Shown: positions 27,230 through 37,686, counted from the first letter of the stretch. The stretch: DNA of 64,000 nt from Spirochaetia bacterium (GCA_965208575.1 CBDBOV010000006.1:864001-928000), one strand, 5' to 3'. The notes: a model not told the origin generated them from the letters alone. Made by a program: numbers and translations.

Positions 27230-29038
27230 ATGAAGATATCTTTCACAAGGACCTTCGCGGTTGCGTTGGTCCTCGTCCTGACCGCAACCGGCCTGTGGGC
27301 TGCTGGCGCAGAAGAAGAGGCACCGGCAGCCGCTGCCGACAAGCAGTATGTCACCGACCCCACCACCGGCAAGGTAGTGGTGGCGCCCCAGTACGGCGGG
27401 ACATTAACCGCCGGTAATACTTCGACCATTGGTTCTGGGGGTCCTAATGACCCCTATTTCGGCAATCCGTGGGGCCCAGGAGGGACGGCCGTCAATGAGA
27501 GGCTTGGTATCGGGAACTGGGGATTAGATAGAGACGTATTTGACTTTAAGTTGGCCTTCGTCCCTCTGTCTGCCCTAACGGGGAGGCTGGCTGAAAGCTG
27601 GGAAATTTCCCCGGACGGCCTCACCTATACCTTCAACATCCGCAAGGGCGTTAACTGGCAGAACAAGGCACCGATGAATGGGAGGGAATTCACTGCGGAT
27701 GATGTCGTATTCAACTTTCACCGTTATCTGGGTCTGGGCGACTTCACCGAAGCCGGACCTAGCACCTATAGTGGCGCTGCCAGCTTCATCTCCATACCGT
27801 TCGAATCGGTAACGGCCACCGATAAATATACGGTTGTGATGAAGCTGAAGGAGCCACAACTCGATGCGCTGGAGATTATCCTCAACGACCCTGCTACAAA
27901 TATATTGCCCCCCGAGGTAATCGAGCAACATGGCGAGTATCAGGATTGGAGGATCCTGGTCGGCACCGGACCCTTTATGGTGACTGATTTAGTCGAGGAG
28001 AGCAGCATCACCTGGACCAAGAATCCTGACTACTGGGGCTATGACGAAAAGTACCCGCAGAACCGCTTGCCCTACGTTGACCAGTTAAGGCGACTGGTTA
28101 TTCCAGAGGAAGGAACAATTATGGCGGCACTACGCTCAGGCAAGCTTGATTTCAGAATGCATGCCCCATCAGATATCGACTCGATAGAGAGCCTGCAGCG
28201 GACCAACCCCGAAATCGCGGCGCACCCGATTTATTTTCGGTCGAGTGATTCTTTTGCTCCTAATCATCGCGTGCCGCCCCTTAGCGACCTCAACGTGCGC
28301 CGCGCGATGCAGATGGCGCTGGACAACGAGACTGTTGCGCGTACGTACTGGAAGGGTTGGGCAGATCCGACACCTCACGGGCTGGTAGGGTTGACAGGGT
28401 ATTTCATCCCCTTCGAGGAATGGGACGAAGAGGTCAAGCAATACTACCGGTATGACCCGGAAGCTGCCGAGAAGCTCCTTGATGAGGCTGGGTATCCGCG
28501 CGGCGCGGACGGCATTAGACTCAAGACCGCCCTGAATCACCACCCAGGGGCAGGCTTAGACTATGCAGAAATAGCTGCCTCCTACTGGGCTGAGATTGGC
28601 ATCGAGGTTAAGATTGATGCGGGTTCCGCCCCCGAATGGGTCGAGAAGATATCCTCTCGTACTTATGAAGGCATGCATAGTGCCATTGCGGGCGCCGGGT
28701 ATGCCCCTCTCTTGATGGCAGGCTGGTATCACTCGGATGCGGGGCCGATAGGGAACCGCGGCGGATCCCAGTGGCCTGAGATGGACGCCATGGTTGACGC
28801 CGCCCTAGCCGCTACTACTGAGGAGGAGCAGAAGAGGCTGATTGCAGAGGCAGATATGTACGCGATAAAGAAGCACTGGCTGATATTTGGTCCTAAAACT
28901 GCATCTTTTCATTTTGCCCAGCCGTGGGTCATAGGCTATAGCGGTGAATCTCCAAGTGGTTTGGGCCGAACAGAAGATTATACCGTCATGGCCCGCCTCT
29001 GGATTGATAGCGAGCTGAAGGAGGCAATGGGTTATTAG
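27230..29038 (+). CDS. DppA-like solute-binding protein 3
   Basis: Motifs APQYGG, LAESWEISPDG, VGTGPF, KNPDYW. Confidence 0.94.
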   Translation: MKISFTRTFAVALVLVLTATGLWAAGAEEEAPAAAADKQYVTDPTTGKVVVAPQYGGTLTAGNTSTIGSGGPNDPYFGNPWGPGGTAVNERLGIGNWGLDRDVFDFKLAFVPLSALTGRLAESWEISPDGLTYTFNIRKGVNWQNKAPMNGREFTADDVVFNFHRYLGLGDFTEAGPSTYSGAASFISIPFESVTATDKYTVVMKLKEPQLDALEIILNDPATNILPPEVIEQHGEYQDWRILVGTGPFMVTDLVEESSITWTKNPDYWGYDEKYPQNRLPYVDQLRRLVIPEEGTIMAALRSGKLDFRMHAPSDIDSIESLQRTNPEIAAHPIYFRSSDSFAPNHRVPPLSDLNVRRAMQMALDNETVARTYWKGWADPTPHGLVGLTGYFIPFEEWDEEVKQYYRYDPEAAEKLLDEAGYPRGADGIRLKTALNHHPGAGLDYAEIAASYWAEIGIEVKIDAGSAPEWVEKISSRTYEGMHSAIAGAGYAPLLMAGWYHSDAGPIGNRGGSQWPEMDAMVDAALAATTEEEQKRLIAEADMYAIKKHWLIFGPKTASFHFAQPWVIGYSGESPSGLGRTEDYTVMARLWIDSELKEAMGY

Positions 29039-29043
29039 AGAAC

Positions 29044-29089
29044 AAGGGAGCTGGGGGTGTCGCCGGCAAGCGCGCTTCCCAGCTCCCTT
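29044..29089 (+). terminator. Post-SBP stem-loop
   Basis: aagggagctggg...cccagctccctt; related stems at ~42622, ~57275 and ~62613. Confidence 0.65.
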
Positions 29090-29171
29090 ACTCATCGAAG
29101 AGTGAGAGGACGGCAACGAGGTTGCCGCGCCCCGATGAATCCAGGCCCGCAATGAGAGGGATTGGTGTGAC

Positions 29172-30182
29172 GTGAGAGCCTATCTCATGAGGCGGTTATT
29201 GCTCATAATCCCCACCTTGTTGAGCTTGAGCATCCTGGTCTTTCTCTCGGTACGCTTCATCCCCGGCGACGTAATAGACGCAATGGCGGCTAGGATGGTC
29301 GGCGGTGATTTGGGGAGCGGGGGCTTGATTGACCGTGAAGCTCTTGAGTATATGCTGGGATTGGACGTGCCTGTCTACGTGCAGTATGGACGCTGGCTAG
29401 GAGTGTTGCCAACTCCTGACTTTGTTACCAAGGAGTCTCACTTCAACGGTCTCCTCCAGGGCACCCTTGGTGAATCACTGATGAGCTCTTTTACGGTAGA
29501 GGAGAAGATAAGAGGGAGATTGCCAGTAACCATTCAGCTTGGTGTCATGGCAATCGTAATTGGGCTCGTGATAGCGCTGCCGGTCGGCATCTACTCGGCG
29601 ATTCGCCAGGATACCGCCGCCGACTACCTGGGGCGCTCGTTTGCCATCCTCGGCCTGGCAACCCCCAACTTCTGGCTGGCACTTATGGTCGTGCTCTACC
29701 CCGCCATCTGGTGGGGCTGGTCGCCATCGATGGAGCTGATTCCTCTTGCCGAAGACCCGCTGGGGAATCTCGGGATGTTCCTCATTCCCAGCCTGATTCT
29801 GGGGACGGCCTCGGCTGCCGCCACCATGCGGATGACGCGCACCATGATGCTGGAGGTGCTCAGGCAAGACTATATCAGGACCGCCTGGGCCAAGGGTCTC
29901 AGGGAGCGGGTGGTCGTCATGCGGCACGCCGTCAAGAACGCACTCATCCCGGTAGTTACCCTGATCGGCCTGCAGTTGCCGATCCTGATCGGTGGCTCGG
30001 TTATCATGGAGAACATATTCAACCTGCCGGGGTTGGGTCGTCTCATGGTGGTTGCGCTGGAAGAGCGAGACTACCCGGTGGTCTCCGGGGTCAACCTGTT
30101 CTTCGCCACCGCGGTGGTGCTGTTCAATCTCCTGATCGACCTGCTCTATTCCTGGCTGGACCCGAGGGTGCGCTACGAGTGA
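29172..30182 (+). CDS. DppB-like ABC permease
   Basis: Motifs RFIPGD, DYIRTAWAKG, LDPRVRYE. Confidence 0.93.
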   Translation: MRAYLMRRLLLIIPTLLSLSILVFLSVRFIPGDVIDAMAARMVGGDLGSGGLIDREALEYMLGLDVPVYVQYGRWLGVLPTPDFVTKESHFNGLLQGTLGESLMSSFTVEEKIRGRLPVTIQLGVMAIVIGLVIALPVGIYSAIRQDTAADYLGRSFAILGLATPNFWLALMVVLYPAIWWGWSPSMELIPLAEDPLGNLGMFLIPSLILGTASAAATMRMTRTMMLEVLRQDYIRTAWAKGLRERVVVMRHAVKNALIPVVTLIGLQLPILIGGSVIMENIFNLPGLGRLMVVALEERDYPVVSGVNLFFATAVVLFNLLIDLLYSWLDPRVRYE

Positions 30183-30219
30183 GGCTCTTTGGCTGGGCCG
30201 CGAGTGTGCTGTCTATGAG

Positions 30220-30307
30220 TGAGGCTGTACGGTCACTCCGTGACATGGAAGACGATGAATACCGATGCCGAAGCATCGGCCGCCGGCCGGCTTTTTCGGA
30301 CCAGGCT
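30220..30307 (+). mobile_element. ~81-bp structured dispersed element, copy R1
   Basis: Absent from the paralogous site at 43797-43803; AGGCT at both ends. Confidence 0.75.
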
Positions 30308-30336
30308 TCTTGGCTCGACCCGGGAGTGCGCTACCT

Positions 30337-30667
30337 ATGAATGAGGCGCGGGGGCCGTTTGCCGGTCGTTGGTCTGGCGGCGACCACGCTGAACGTGGTG
30401 GTCGCCACCCTGATCGGTGGCACCTCCGGATTCCTCGGGGGCAAGCTGGACCTGGCGGTGCAGCGCTTCGTCGACGCCTGGATGGCGTTCCCGGGGCTGC
30501 TGTTGTTGCTCACGATCATGTCGGTCGCGGGGCAGGATCTGCTACAGATCATCGTGGTGCTGGGGGTCGCCGGCGGCGTGGGCGGCTCGCGCGTGGTCAG
30601 AGGCGCGGTGGTCGCCACCAAGGGCAACGACTACTTCCTGGCAGCCAAGGCGGTGGGCGCGCCCACG
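30337..30667 (+). pseudogene. DppC-like permease pseudogene
   Basis: Compared with the 43833 paralog: ~230-bp deletion near 30363 causing a frameshift; homology ends at ~30667. Confidence 0.85.
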
Positions 30668-30910
30668 GGGGAGCAAGAAGCCAGCGCGACGCACCCCCTG
30701 CGGCTCCCTAGTCGTGATGTCCCGCAGGTAGGTCTTGGCCCAGATGTTTGGCGCTCGATCGCTCCGCCGCTGGCCTTCTTCGGCTTCGCGGCCCCGCCCT
30801 GCCGACCCGTGCGTGTGCGGCCGACCGGCAACCCGCGGGTCACGCTGGGCCGCGTAAGGAGTGAGATTCAGCGGCGGTGTGGTGTCCGGGTGCGAACGCA
30901 GAAAGCGGTA

Positions 30911-30995
30911 GCGTGGTCCGACAGAGCCGGCCGGTGGGCAGTGCTTGGGTGCCGGGTTTCATCGTCTTCCATGGCATCGAGTGCTGTACAGATTC
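30911..30995 (-). repeat. Degenerate inverted copy R2 of the 81-bp element
   Basis: tggtccgacagagccggccgg...ttcatcgtcttccatg...gagtgctgtacag aligns with R3-R5. Confidence 0.65.
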
Positions 30996-31270
30996 CGACC
31001 GAGAGTGGAGACGGTGCGAGGCAGCCCGCCGTACCGACAGATCGCGAACACGGAGAGAAATCGGAAAAAAGTTGCGCGTACCCCTTGACGCGATTTTCGG
31101 TGCCCATAAGCGCCCGCCACGGCCCGTGGCGGCCCCGCCGACTCTCCGAAAACGACTCGGCCTCCGTGGACGCGGCAGCGCGCCGCTGAGCGGCGCTCCG
31201 GGCGCCGTTTCACCGCCATCGAGGACTCGAACGAATCAGCTATTTTCAATCCCATGGTATACTTATGAGT

Positions 31271-33220
31271 ATGAGTGAAGCGCCTTCCGCCACTTGGTCC
31301 ACCGTTGCCGCGCTCCCCGATCACGTCCTCCTGGCGCAGACCGCGCAGCTCGCCCGCCACGAGCAGGCGCTGCAGATCCTGGTCCTCGACCACCTGCGCG
31401 AGATCGAGGCGCGCCGCCTCCACCTGACCCGCGGCTACGGGAGTTTGTTCGACTACGTAGTGCATGAACTGGGCTACACCGCGGCCGCCGCCTGGCGGCG
31501 CATCAAGGCGATGCGGCTGTGCGACCAGACCAGCGGGGCGCGCGAACTGCTGCAGGACGGCTCCCTGAACCTGAGCAACGCGGCGCAACTGCAGAACCTG
31601 TTCGAGCGCAGCGACCGCAGCCGGGGCCGGCCACAGGGCAGTGACGCGACCGGTGGCGGCCAAGGCGGGACGCCGCGGAACGACGGCGCATCGGGGGAAC
31701 CGGCACCGGCTGCACCGAAGCGCCCCGGTGAGTCCGACGCGGCGCCGGTACCCGGGCCGGTGCTGGACGCGGCGGCGCGGGAGGAACTGGTCAGGCAGGC
31801 GGCGGGCAAGAGCACCCGCGAAGTGCAGCAGATGCTGGCCGAGGTGGACCCGGAGCTGGCGCAGCCGAGCGACCGGATGCGCGCACTCGCAGGAGGGCGC
31901 TGGGAGTTGAAGGCGACGATCGACACGGAGTGCCGGCACGGCCTGGAGAAGCTGCAGATGTTGCTGTCGCACACGGACCCGCACCTGACGCTGGGCGGAC
32001 TCATCGCGCGGCTGGTGCGGGACGGCCTGGACCGCTACGACCCGGCGCGGCCCCGGGGCACGCGGGGCACCGGCGGTCGCGGCTCGGTCAACGGCGCGCG
32101 AACCGTGAGCAAGCCGGCGCGGCGCGATACGGAAACGGTGCAGCAATGCGCGGTGCGCGGGCGCGGGAGCGATGTCGAACGGCAGAGCGAAGTCGTGCAG
32201 GGTGACGCACCGTCCGCGACCGTGCGGGATGTGGTGCCCGCTTCGGCGCCGAAGCGCCCCTTGGAAGCCGGGCACGGCAGCGCGTCACCGGCGACGGCAC
32301 CCAACAACGGCGGGCACACGACTTCGGCGCGGAAGCGCGCCTCGGAAGCCGAGCACGGCAGCGCGTCACCGGCGACGGCACCGAACAGCGGCGACCACAC
32401 CATTTCGGCGGCGAAGCGCCACGAGCAAGCCGAGTTCGGTCGCACTTCCCGTGCGGCGGCGGGGGTCGGCAGCGGGCGGGCCGCTTCGCCGGCGAAGCCG
32501 TATACGGAAGCCGAGGCCGGCAGCACGAAGTCCGCGGTGGTGCGCAGCAGCGGCGGGCACACCACTCCGCCGGCGAAGCAGGTCGCGCAGGATGAGGACG
32601 CGCACATCGAGGTAGCGGAGCGCCTTTGTGGCGCCGCCGTTCCCGCGCCGGACCGCCGTCGGGAGACCGAGCAGGCATGCGGGCAACCGAAGGCCATGCA
32701 CGGAAACGGCGGCCGGGCTGCTTCGCCGGCGAACCGGCCAGGGCGGGCCGACGACGATGGCCGGGGCGCGGCGGGAGCGCAGTTCGATGCCGGCAAACGC
32801 GGCGCTTCGCGGGCACCGGTACGGGGCCACGACCGGTTCACGAGTTCGGCGGCGGAGCGGCTGGCGTACGCAGCCGGGCAAGGCGCGGTGGAGCGGTCGC
32901 CGGCCCTGGCGCGGCACCTCGCCGCGTTGAACGGCTTCGGCGCGTCGCCGGGCTCCCGCTCACGGTACATCCCGGTGGCCGTGCGGCGCGAGGTGTGGCG
33001 CCGCGACAACGGTTGTTGCAGCTATGTCGACCCGCACAGCGGCCGGCGCTGCGGTTCCCGCTATCGGCTGGAGATCGACCACGTGGTGCCGTTCGCGCTC
33101 GGCGGCGCTACCGAGCTGTGGAACCTCAGAATTCGGTGCCGTGCCCACCACAGGTTGCGCCACGCTCCGCGCCATGCCCACCCGGCGAGTGTGCCGAGTG
33201 AGAACCCGGGCGCACCGTGA
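31271..33220 (+). CDS. DUF222-like HNH endonuclease with a central repeat region
   Basis: N-terminal HLREIEARRLH..GYGSLFDY; C-terminal VRREVWRRD..C..C..LEIDHVVPFALGG..NL..C..HH; TATACT 7 nt upstream. Confidence 0.85.
   Translation: MSEAPSATWSTVAALPDHVLLAQTAQLARHEQALQILVLDHLREIEARRLHLTRGYGSLFDYVVHELGYTAAAAWRRIKAMRLCDQTSGARELLQDGSLNLSNAAQLQNLFERSDRSRGRPQGSDATGGGQGGTPRNDGASGEPAPAAPKRPGESDAAPVPGPVLDAAAREELVRQAAGKSTREVQQMLAEVDPELAQPSDRMRALAGGRWELKATIDTECRHGLEKLQMLLSHTDPHLTLGGLIARLVRDGLDRYDPARPRGTRGTGGRGSVNGARTVSKPARRDTETVQQCAVRGRGSDVERQSEVVQGDAPSATVRDVVPASAPKRPLEAGHGSASPATAPNNGGHTTSARKRASEAEHGSASPATAPNSGDHTISAAKRHEQAEFGRTSRAAAGVGSGRAASPAKPYTEAEAGSTKSAVVRSSGGHTTPPAKQVAQDEDAHIEVAERLCGAAVPAPDRRRETEQACGQPKAMHGNGGRAASPANRPGRADDDGRGAAGAQFDAGKRGASRAPVRGHDRFTSSAAERLAYAAGQGAVERSPALARHLAALNGFGASPGSRSRYIPVAVRREVWRRDNGCCSYVDPHSGRRCGSRYRLEIDHVVPFALGGATELWNLRIRCRAHHRLRHAPRHAHPASVPSENPGAP
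32241..32735 (+). repeat. In-frame 81-bp (27-aa) tandem repeats anchored on a palindrome
   Basis: CTTCG-N4-CGAAG-like cores at 32241, 32322, 32403, 32484 and 32565, with degenerate units to ~32721. Confidence 0.8.
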
Positions 33221-33489
33221 AGTCGCATGACGCGAGCCGTCGCGCCGGTACGTGATCGCGCCATCGTGGAGACCTGTGACGCCACGCATGATCGCGCCGC
33301 CGCTCCAGCTCGCATCGCCTTCGCAGTCTCCCTCGCTACGATGTGGATGCTATCTGCCTACCGCTTCACGCATGCGGCGCGAGCCTGCAAATCCTGCGTT
33401 CCCCAGAGCCGCAAGACCGGCGCGGCGCCGCTAGTTGGTCCCGAGAAGGCTTGACGCCTGCGCGCACCTGCGCTACCTCTACCAGCAGG

Positions 33490-34047
33490 ATGCGAGCGTC
33501 AGACCTGATCCTGTACATCCTGCAGTACCGGCCGCTGCCGACGACCAAACTGGTGAAGTTGCTGTATCTCGTCGATCTCGCCTGGGTGCAACTCACCGGG
33601 AAGCCGTTGACCAATCTCCCGTATATCTGGTACCTGCGCGGTCCTTACTGTGACGAGATTGAGGCTGCGCTATGGGACCTGGAGGATGAGCGAGCCGTAA
33701 CCGTCACGTCGGGCACGACGCAAGACGGGCATGATTACACGCTGTATAGGGCTGCGACTGATCTCGCCGAGCATGTCGGTCCCGAAGTGGAGAAGGTTGT
33801 GAAGTACATTGTGCGCCGCTTCTCCGACATGAAACTGCAAACCCTGCTCGATTACGTGTACGCGACGCCGCCGATGGCTCAGGTTCAAACAAGGGGCGAG
33901 AGGTTCGTGAAGCTGGACCTCGAGCTGGATCCGAAGCGGCGGTTCAGTCGGGACGACGTCCTGTCCATACTTGATCAGCAGCTCGCCGCCGACACTGCCA
34001 AGCGCGTGCCCGGCGACGAGGTGATGAACAAGCTCGGCCTCGATTGA
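33490..34047 (+). CDS. Panacea/DUF4065 (SocA-like) antitoxin
   Basis: TKLVKLLYLVD...GKPLT...Y...RGPY; LLDYVYATPPM. Confidence 0.8.
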   Translation: MRASDLILYILQYRPLPTTKLVKLLYLVDLAWVQLTGKPLTNLPYIWYLRGPYCDEIEAALWDLEDERAVTVTSGTTQDGHDYTLYRAATDLAEHVGPEVEKVVKYIVRRFSDMKLQTLLDYVYATPPMAQVQTRGERFVKLDLELDPKRRFSRDDVLSILDQQLAADTAKRVPGDEVMNKLGLD

Positions 34048-34339
34048 GCGCTCGCACGCCTACGATTCAATACACCGAGAATGCCGAGAGCTACCTCCTG
34101 GGGCGCTGGGGTGATCTGACTCCCGCTCAGCAAGCAAGGGCGCGAAGGTTCTTCGCCGACTTCCACGCGCCGACCCGTGGTCGATGGCCCGGGAGCCGGC
34201 GTTGCCGCTGAACGGCCCCTGGTACGCCGAGCGCCCGATAGGCGAGGGCCGGATTGCGAATGTGCACATCAAGACAGAGACCGCGCACGGCAAAACCACC
34301 GTGGTGGTGCTCGCCGTTTCGTTCGCCTACGTGATTTAG
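34044..34339 (+). pseudogene. Frameshifted small ORF coupled to Panacea; possible RelE/ParE-like toxin
   Basis: TTG overlaps the antitoxin stop; removing 2 nt at ~34165 restores a ~97-aa ORF. Confidence 0.5.
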
Positions 34340-34355
34340 CTTTTAGCGGGCGAGG

Positions 34356-35329
34356 TCAGCCGCCGTGGCCAGACGATCGGCGCAGCGCGGAAAGGAAATC
34401 GGCCTCATCGGCGCAGCCGAGGGCCGCTGTCAGCAGCGCCGCCTCCGACGCCGTGGCGAACGCCTCCGCATCGGCAGAGAAACCCTCCGACACCGCAATG
34501 CCCCGCGACTGCAGAATCTGGCGGACCATCCGTGCACGACCTTGCGCCAAGCCGCGCTCGAACCCCTGGCGCCGTTGCGAGCGCAGCAGCGGGTCGTCGT
34601 CCGGGCCGGTGCCTTCGCGCGCGCCGAGCGCCGCGGCAACCCGCTCCACGGCCGCGCTCGTCTGCGCCGACGGCGCCGGTTCGTTCAGCGCCAGGTGAAT
34701 CTCTTCGGCCCGCCAGCCGGGAAAGGCCCGGCTCGCGGCCGCGACCCGGAACCGGCCATGCTCCAGCACATGAATCGTCAGTCCCGAGGGACGCCGGTGC
34801 GGCCGGCTCGGCGACGGCGCGTCCGGCACCTCCACCCACACTTCCGGGAATCCCCACGCTTCGTACAGCGCGAGCTTGCCGCGGTGGACGTCGGTGGTGT
34901 GATCCACCTCCAGCACCACGTCGGGAAAGTCGTCCTCGCCCACCACCATGGCGCCGGCCCCGGCTTGGCCCGCCCCGGATGCAGGTACACCGACTCGTCG
35001 GCCTGCATGATGCGCCGCGGCTCGCCGGCGGCGTCGCGCAGCAGCAGGTCCATCGAGCCGTACGATTCGATCGGCGAACCGCGCACCCTGGCTATCCGCT
35101 CAGTCAGGCGCGTCAGGAGCCGCGACGGCCGCTCGTGATAGGGAGTGGTGGGGTCGCAGATCCAGGCGGTCTCGGTGGCCGCATCCCAGTACTCGAGCCG
35201 CCCCTCGAAGCGGTCGATCTCGGTGCGCGGCAGGTGCACCGGCTTGCAGCCGGGGAACGCCGGCGGGTGGGCGCGTCGGGGTTGGGCTGCCGCGTGGCGC
35301 CCGGATGGCGGTGCTTCGGTGCTGGCCAT
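34356..35329 (-). pseudogene. Uma2/DUF820-like endonuclease, frameshifted at ~34960
   Basis: QADESVYLHP in one frame; PDVVLEVDHTT..KLALYEAWGFPEVW in another. Confidence 0.75.
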
Positions 35330-35414
35330 GACGCCATGGTAGGCCATCTCGCGCGCGCATGCAAACCGAACGTTCCAGATCCGCCAGAGCCGGGAACGCA
35401 TCAAAACCGTGAGA

Positions 35415-35443
35415 TTGACAGTGTGCGGCGGGCGGTGCATAGT
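35415..35443 (+). promoter_or_regulatory. Putative sigma70 promoter
   Basis: TTGACA-N17-CATAGT, ~390 nt upstream of SBP4. Confidence 0.45.
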
Positions 35444-35831
35444 AGAGTTTTTAGGGATTCTTGCCTCATGCCGACGACGCTCGACCATAGCACTCAGCGC
35501 TGTCACCAGTTGACGCAGTTGGTTACGCCCCCCCCCGGAGATCGAAGGACTCGGTAGGGCCTGACCGCTCACCGCGCCGCGTCCGTATCTTCCACGTTGC
35601 CGGCGGCGGCGCGGTTCCCGTAGACAGCCACATCCATCACACCACGCCCGCCCGCGGCGGCGGCCGCGGGGCACCCTCAGCCCTGGCAGCCAGCCACGAG
35701 CCGCCAGGCCCCGGGGCGACCACCCGCACCCTGCGAACCAGACGGAGTTTCCGGCCGGAGTTTCCGGCCACACATCAAACAACACGGGTACCGGGATGCA
35801 TCCCGATCCCGAGAACGAGGAGGAGTACGTT

Positions 35832-37622
35832 ATGACTCCAAAACTCATTGTACTGTCACTGGCGTTCGCGCTGGTGGCTGTCGTTACGTTCGCCAGCGCC
35901 GACGCCGAAGAGGCGGGCGCGGCGATGGAGAAGGAGATGGTGCTCGACCCCACCACCGGCGAGATGGTGCTCGCCCCCGAGTACGGCGGGACCTTGACCT
36001 ACGCCAACAATCAGGAGCCGCCAAACAGTGACATGTTTGTTGGGTCGCTGACTGCGGGATGGGCCATTTCGGGGGTGCTTGAGAAACTCAGTGTCGCCGA
36101 CTGGGGCGTGGACCGGAGTGTGAACAACCTGCGCAACGAGTATCTCTCGGACGATCAACTGAGACCGGCGCTGGCGGCAAGCTGGGAGAACCCCGATCCG
36201 AACACGTATATCTTCCACATCCGCCAGGGTGTGCACTGGCACGACAAGGCCCCGATGAACGGCCGGGAATTGACTGCTGAGGATGTCGTGTTCAACTATC
36301 ACCGGGCAACGGGGATGGGCAGTGGCTTCAGTAAACCCGAGGAGCTGAGCAGCCAACTCCCGACCCTGGAATACGAATCGATCTCGGCGAGCGACCAGTA
36401 TACGGTCGTTGTCAAGTTGGAGAACCCCCGCCTCGATGCGTTCCGAGTGCTGGTCGAAGACAACGTCGGCTTTATAGCACCCCCCGAGGTCATCGAGCAG
36501 CACGGCGATCATTCGGATTGGCGGAACCTGGTCGGCACCGGGCCGTTCGAGCTGACGGATTGGGTCGACGGCTCGTCGCTGACCTGGACCAGGAATGCGA
36601 ACTACTGGGGCACTGACGAGAAGTACCCGCAGAACCAGTTGCCCTATATCGACACCCTGAGATTACTGGTGATGCCGGACGAGGCATCCCGCCTCGCGGC
36701 CCTGCGTTCGGGGAAGGTGGACTACATCGGTCACAACGCCGGCTCGTCGATCAAGACCCCGGACGCGGTCGAGAGCATCGAGCGGACCAACCCCGACCTC
36801 AATATCTGGCCGTACTATTTTCGCTCGAACGCCGGTATGGCCTATGACGTGACCAAGCCGCCCTTTGACGATATTCGGGTCCGCAAAGCCCTGCAGATGG
36901 CCGTGGATGTCGAGACTATCAACGACACCTACTACAAGGGATTGGCGGTGGCGACTCCGCAAGGCAACCTGGGCAACTTCCAAACCGCGTTTGCCATCCA
37001 CTATGACGACTGGCCTGAAGAAATAAAAGCCGGCTATCGGTACGACCCCGACGCCGCAGAGAGGCTGTTGGATGAGGCCGGGTATCCGCGCGGTGAAAAC
37101 GGCATTCGGTTCAAGACACCTATGGATGGCACCACCTATGCCGCCTTCAATGCCGATTATTTCGACATCGTCAGAGACTACTGGAGCAAGATTGGCGTCG
37201 GAACAGAAATGGCGCTCCATGAAATAACGGCGTGGGCCGCTCGCGCTCAGAAGCGTGAGTTTGAAGGGATGAGCTGGGCGATAGCAGCTGGCCCTTATCA
37301 TCCTTTGAACACCCTGAACACGTTCACCTCCGGCTTCACCTGGAACAAGGGTGGAGTGAGTGACCCGAAGTATGACGCCCTCTATGAGTCGATGAGAACC
37401 GCTCAAACTGCGGAGGAGTTGGGGAATTACGCCAAGCAGGCCGATCTCTACGCGGTTGCCCAGCACTGGCAACTCTTTGGACCCGTTGAACCTTCGTACA
37501 ACGTCACCCAGCCATGGCTCAAGGGTCACATCGGAGAGTTCTACATGGGGGTATGGAACAAGAATGCCGTCTACGCCCGCGTCTGGATCGATCAGGACTT
37601 GAAGGAAGAAATGGGCTTCTAA
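35832..37622 (+). CDS. DppA-like solute-binding protein 4
   Basis: SD GAGGAG; motifs APEYGG, LAASWE, VGTGPF. Confidence 0.94.
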   Translation: MTPKLIVLSLAFALVAVVTFASADAEEAGAAMEKEMVLDPTTGEMVLAPEYGGTLTYANNQEPPNSDMFVGSLTAGWAISGVLEKLSVADWGVDRSVNNLRNEYLSDDQLRPALAASWENPDPNTYIFHIRQGVHWHDKAPMNGRELTAEDVVFNYHRATGMGSGFSKPEELSSQLPTLEYESISASDQYTVVVKLENPRLDAFRVLVEDNVGFIAPPEVIEQHGDHSDWRNLVGTGPFELTDWVDGSSLTWTRNANYWGTDEKYPQNQLPYIDTLRLLVMPDEASRLAALRSGKVDYIGHNAGSSIKTPDAVESIERTNPDLNIWPYYFRSNAGMAYDVTKPPFDDIRVRKALQMAVDVETINDTYYKGLAVATPQGNLGNFQTAFAIHYDDWPEEIKAGYRYDPDAAERLLDEAGYPRGENGIRFKTPMDGTTYAAFNADYFDIVRDYWSKIGVGTEMALHEITAWAARAQKREFEGMSWAIAAGPYHPLNTLNTFTSGFTWNKGGVSDPKYDALYESMRTAQTAEELGNYAKQADLYAVAQHWQLFGPVEPSYNVTQPWLKGHIGEFYMGVWNKNAVYARVWIDQDLKEEMGF

Positions 37623-37651
37623 GTCTGGCCGGGAACTGTTCCGCCATGGAG

Positions 37652-37686
37652 ACAGGCGCCGGGAGATACCTCTTCCGGCGCCTGTC
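37652..37686 (+). terminator. Post-SBP stem-loop
   Basis: gacaggcgccgg...ccggcgcctgtc. Confidence 0.6.

Noticed and set aside
32241-32735. Possible CRISPR array (regular palindromes)
   Set aside because: The repeats are only ~14 bp and degenerate, the spacers are related to each other, the array is in frame within a CDS, and there are no cas genes.
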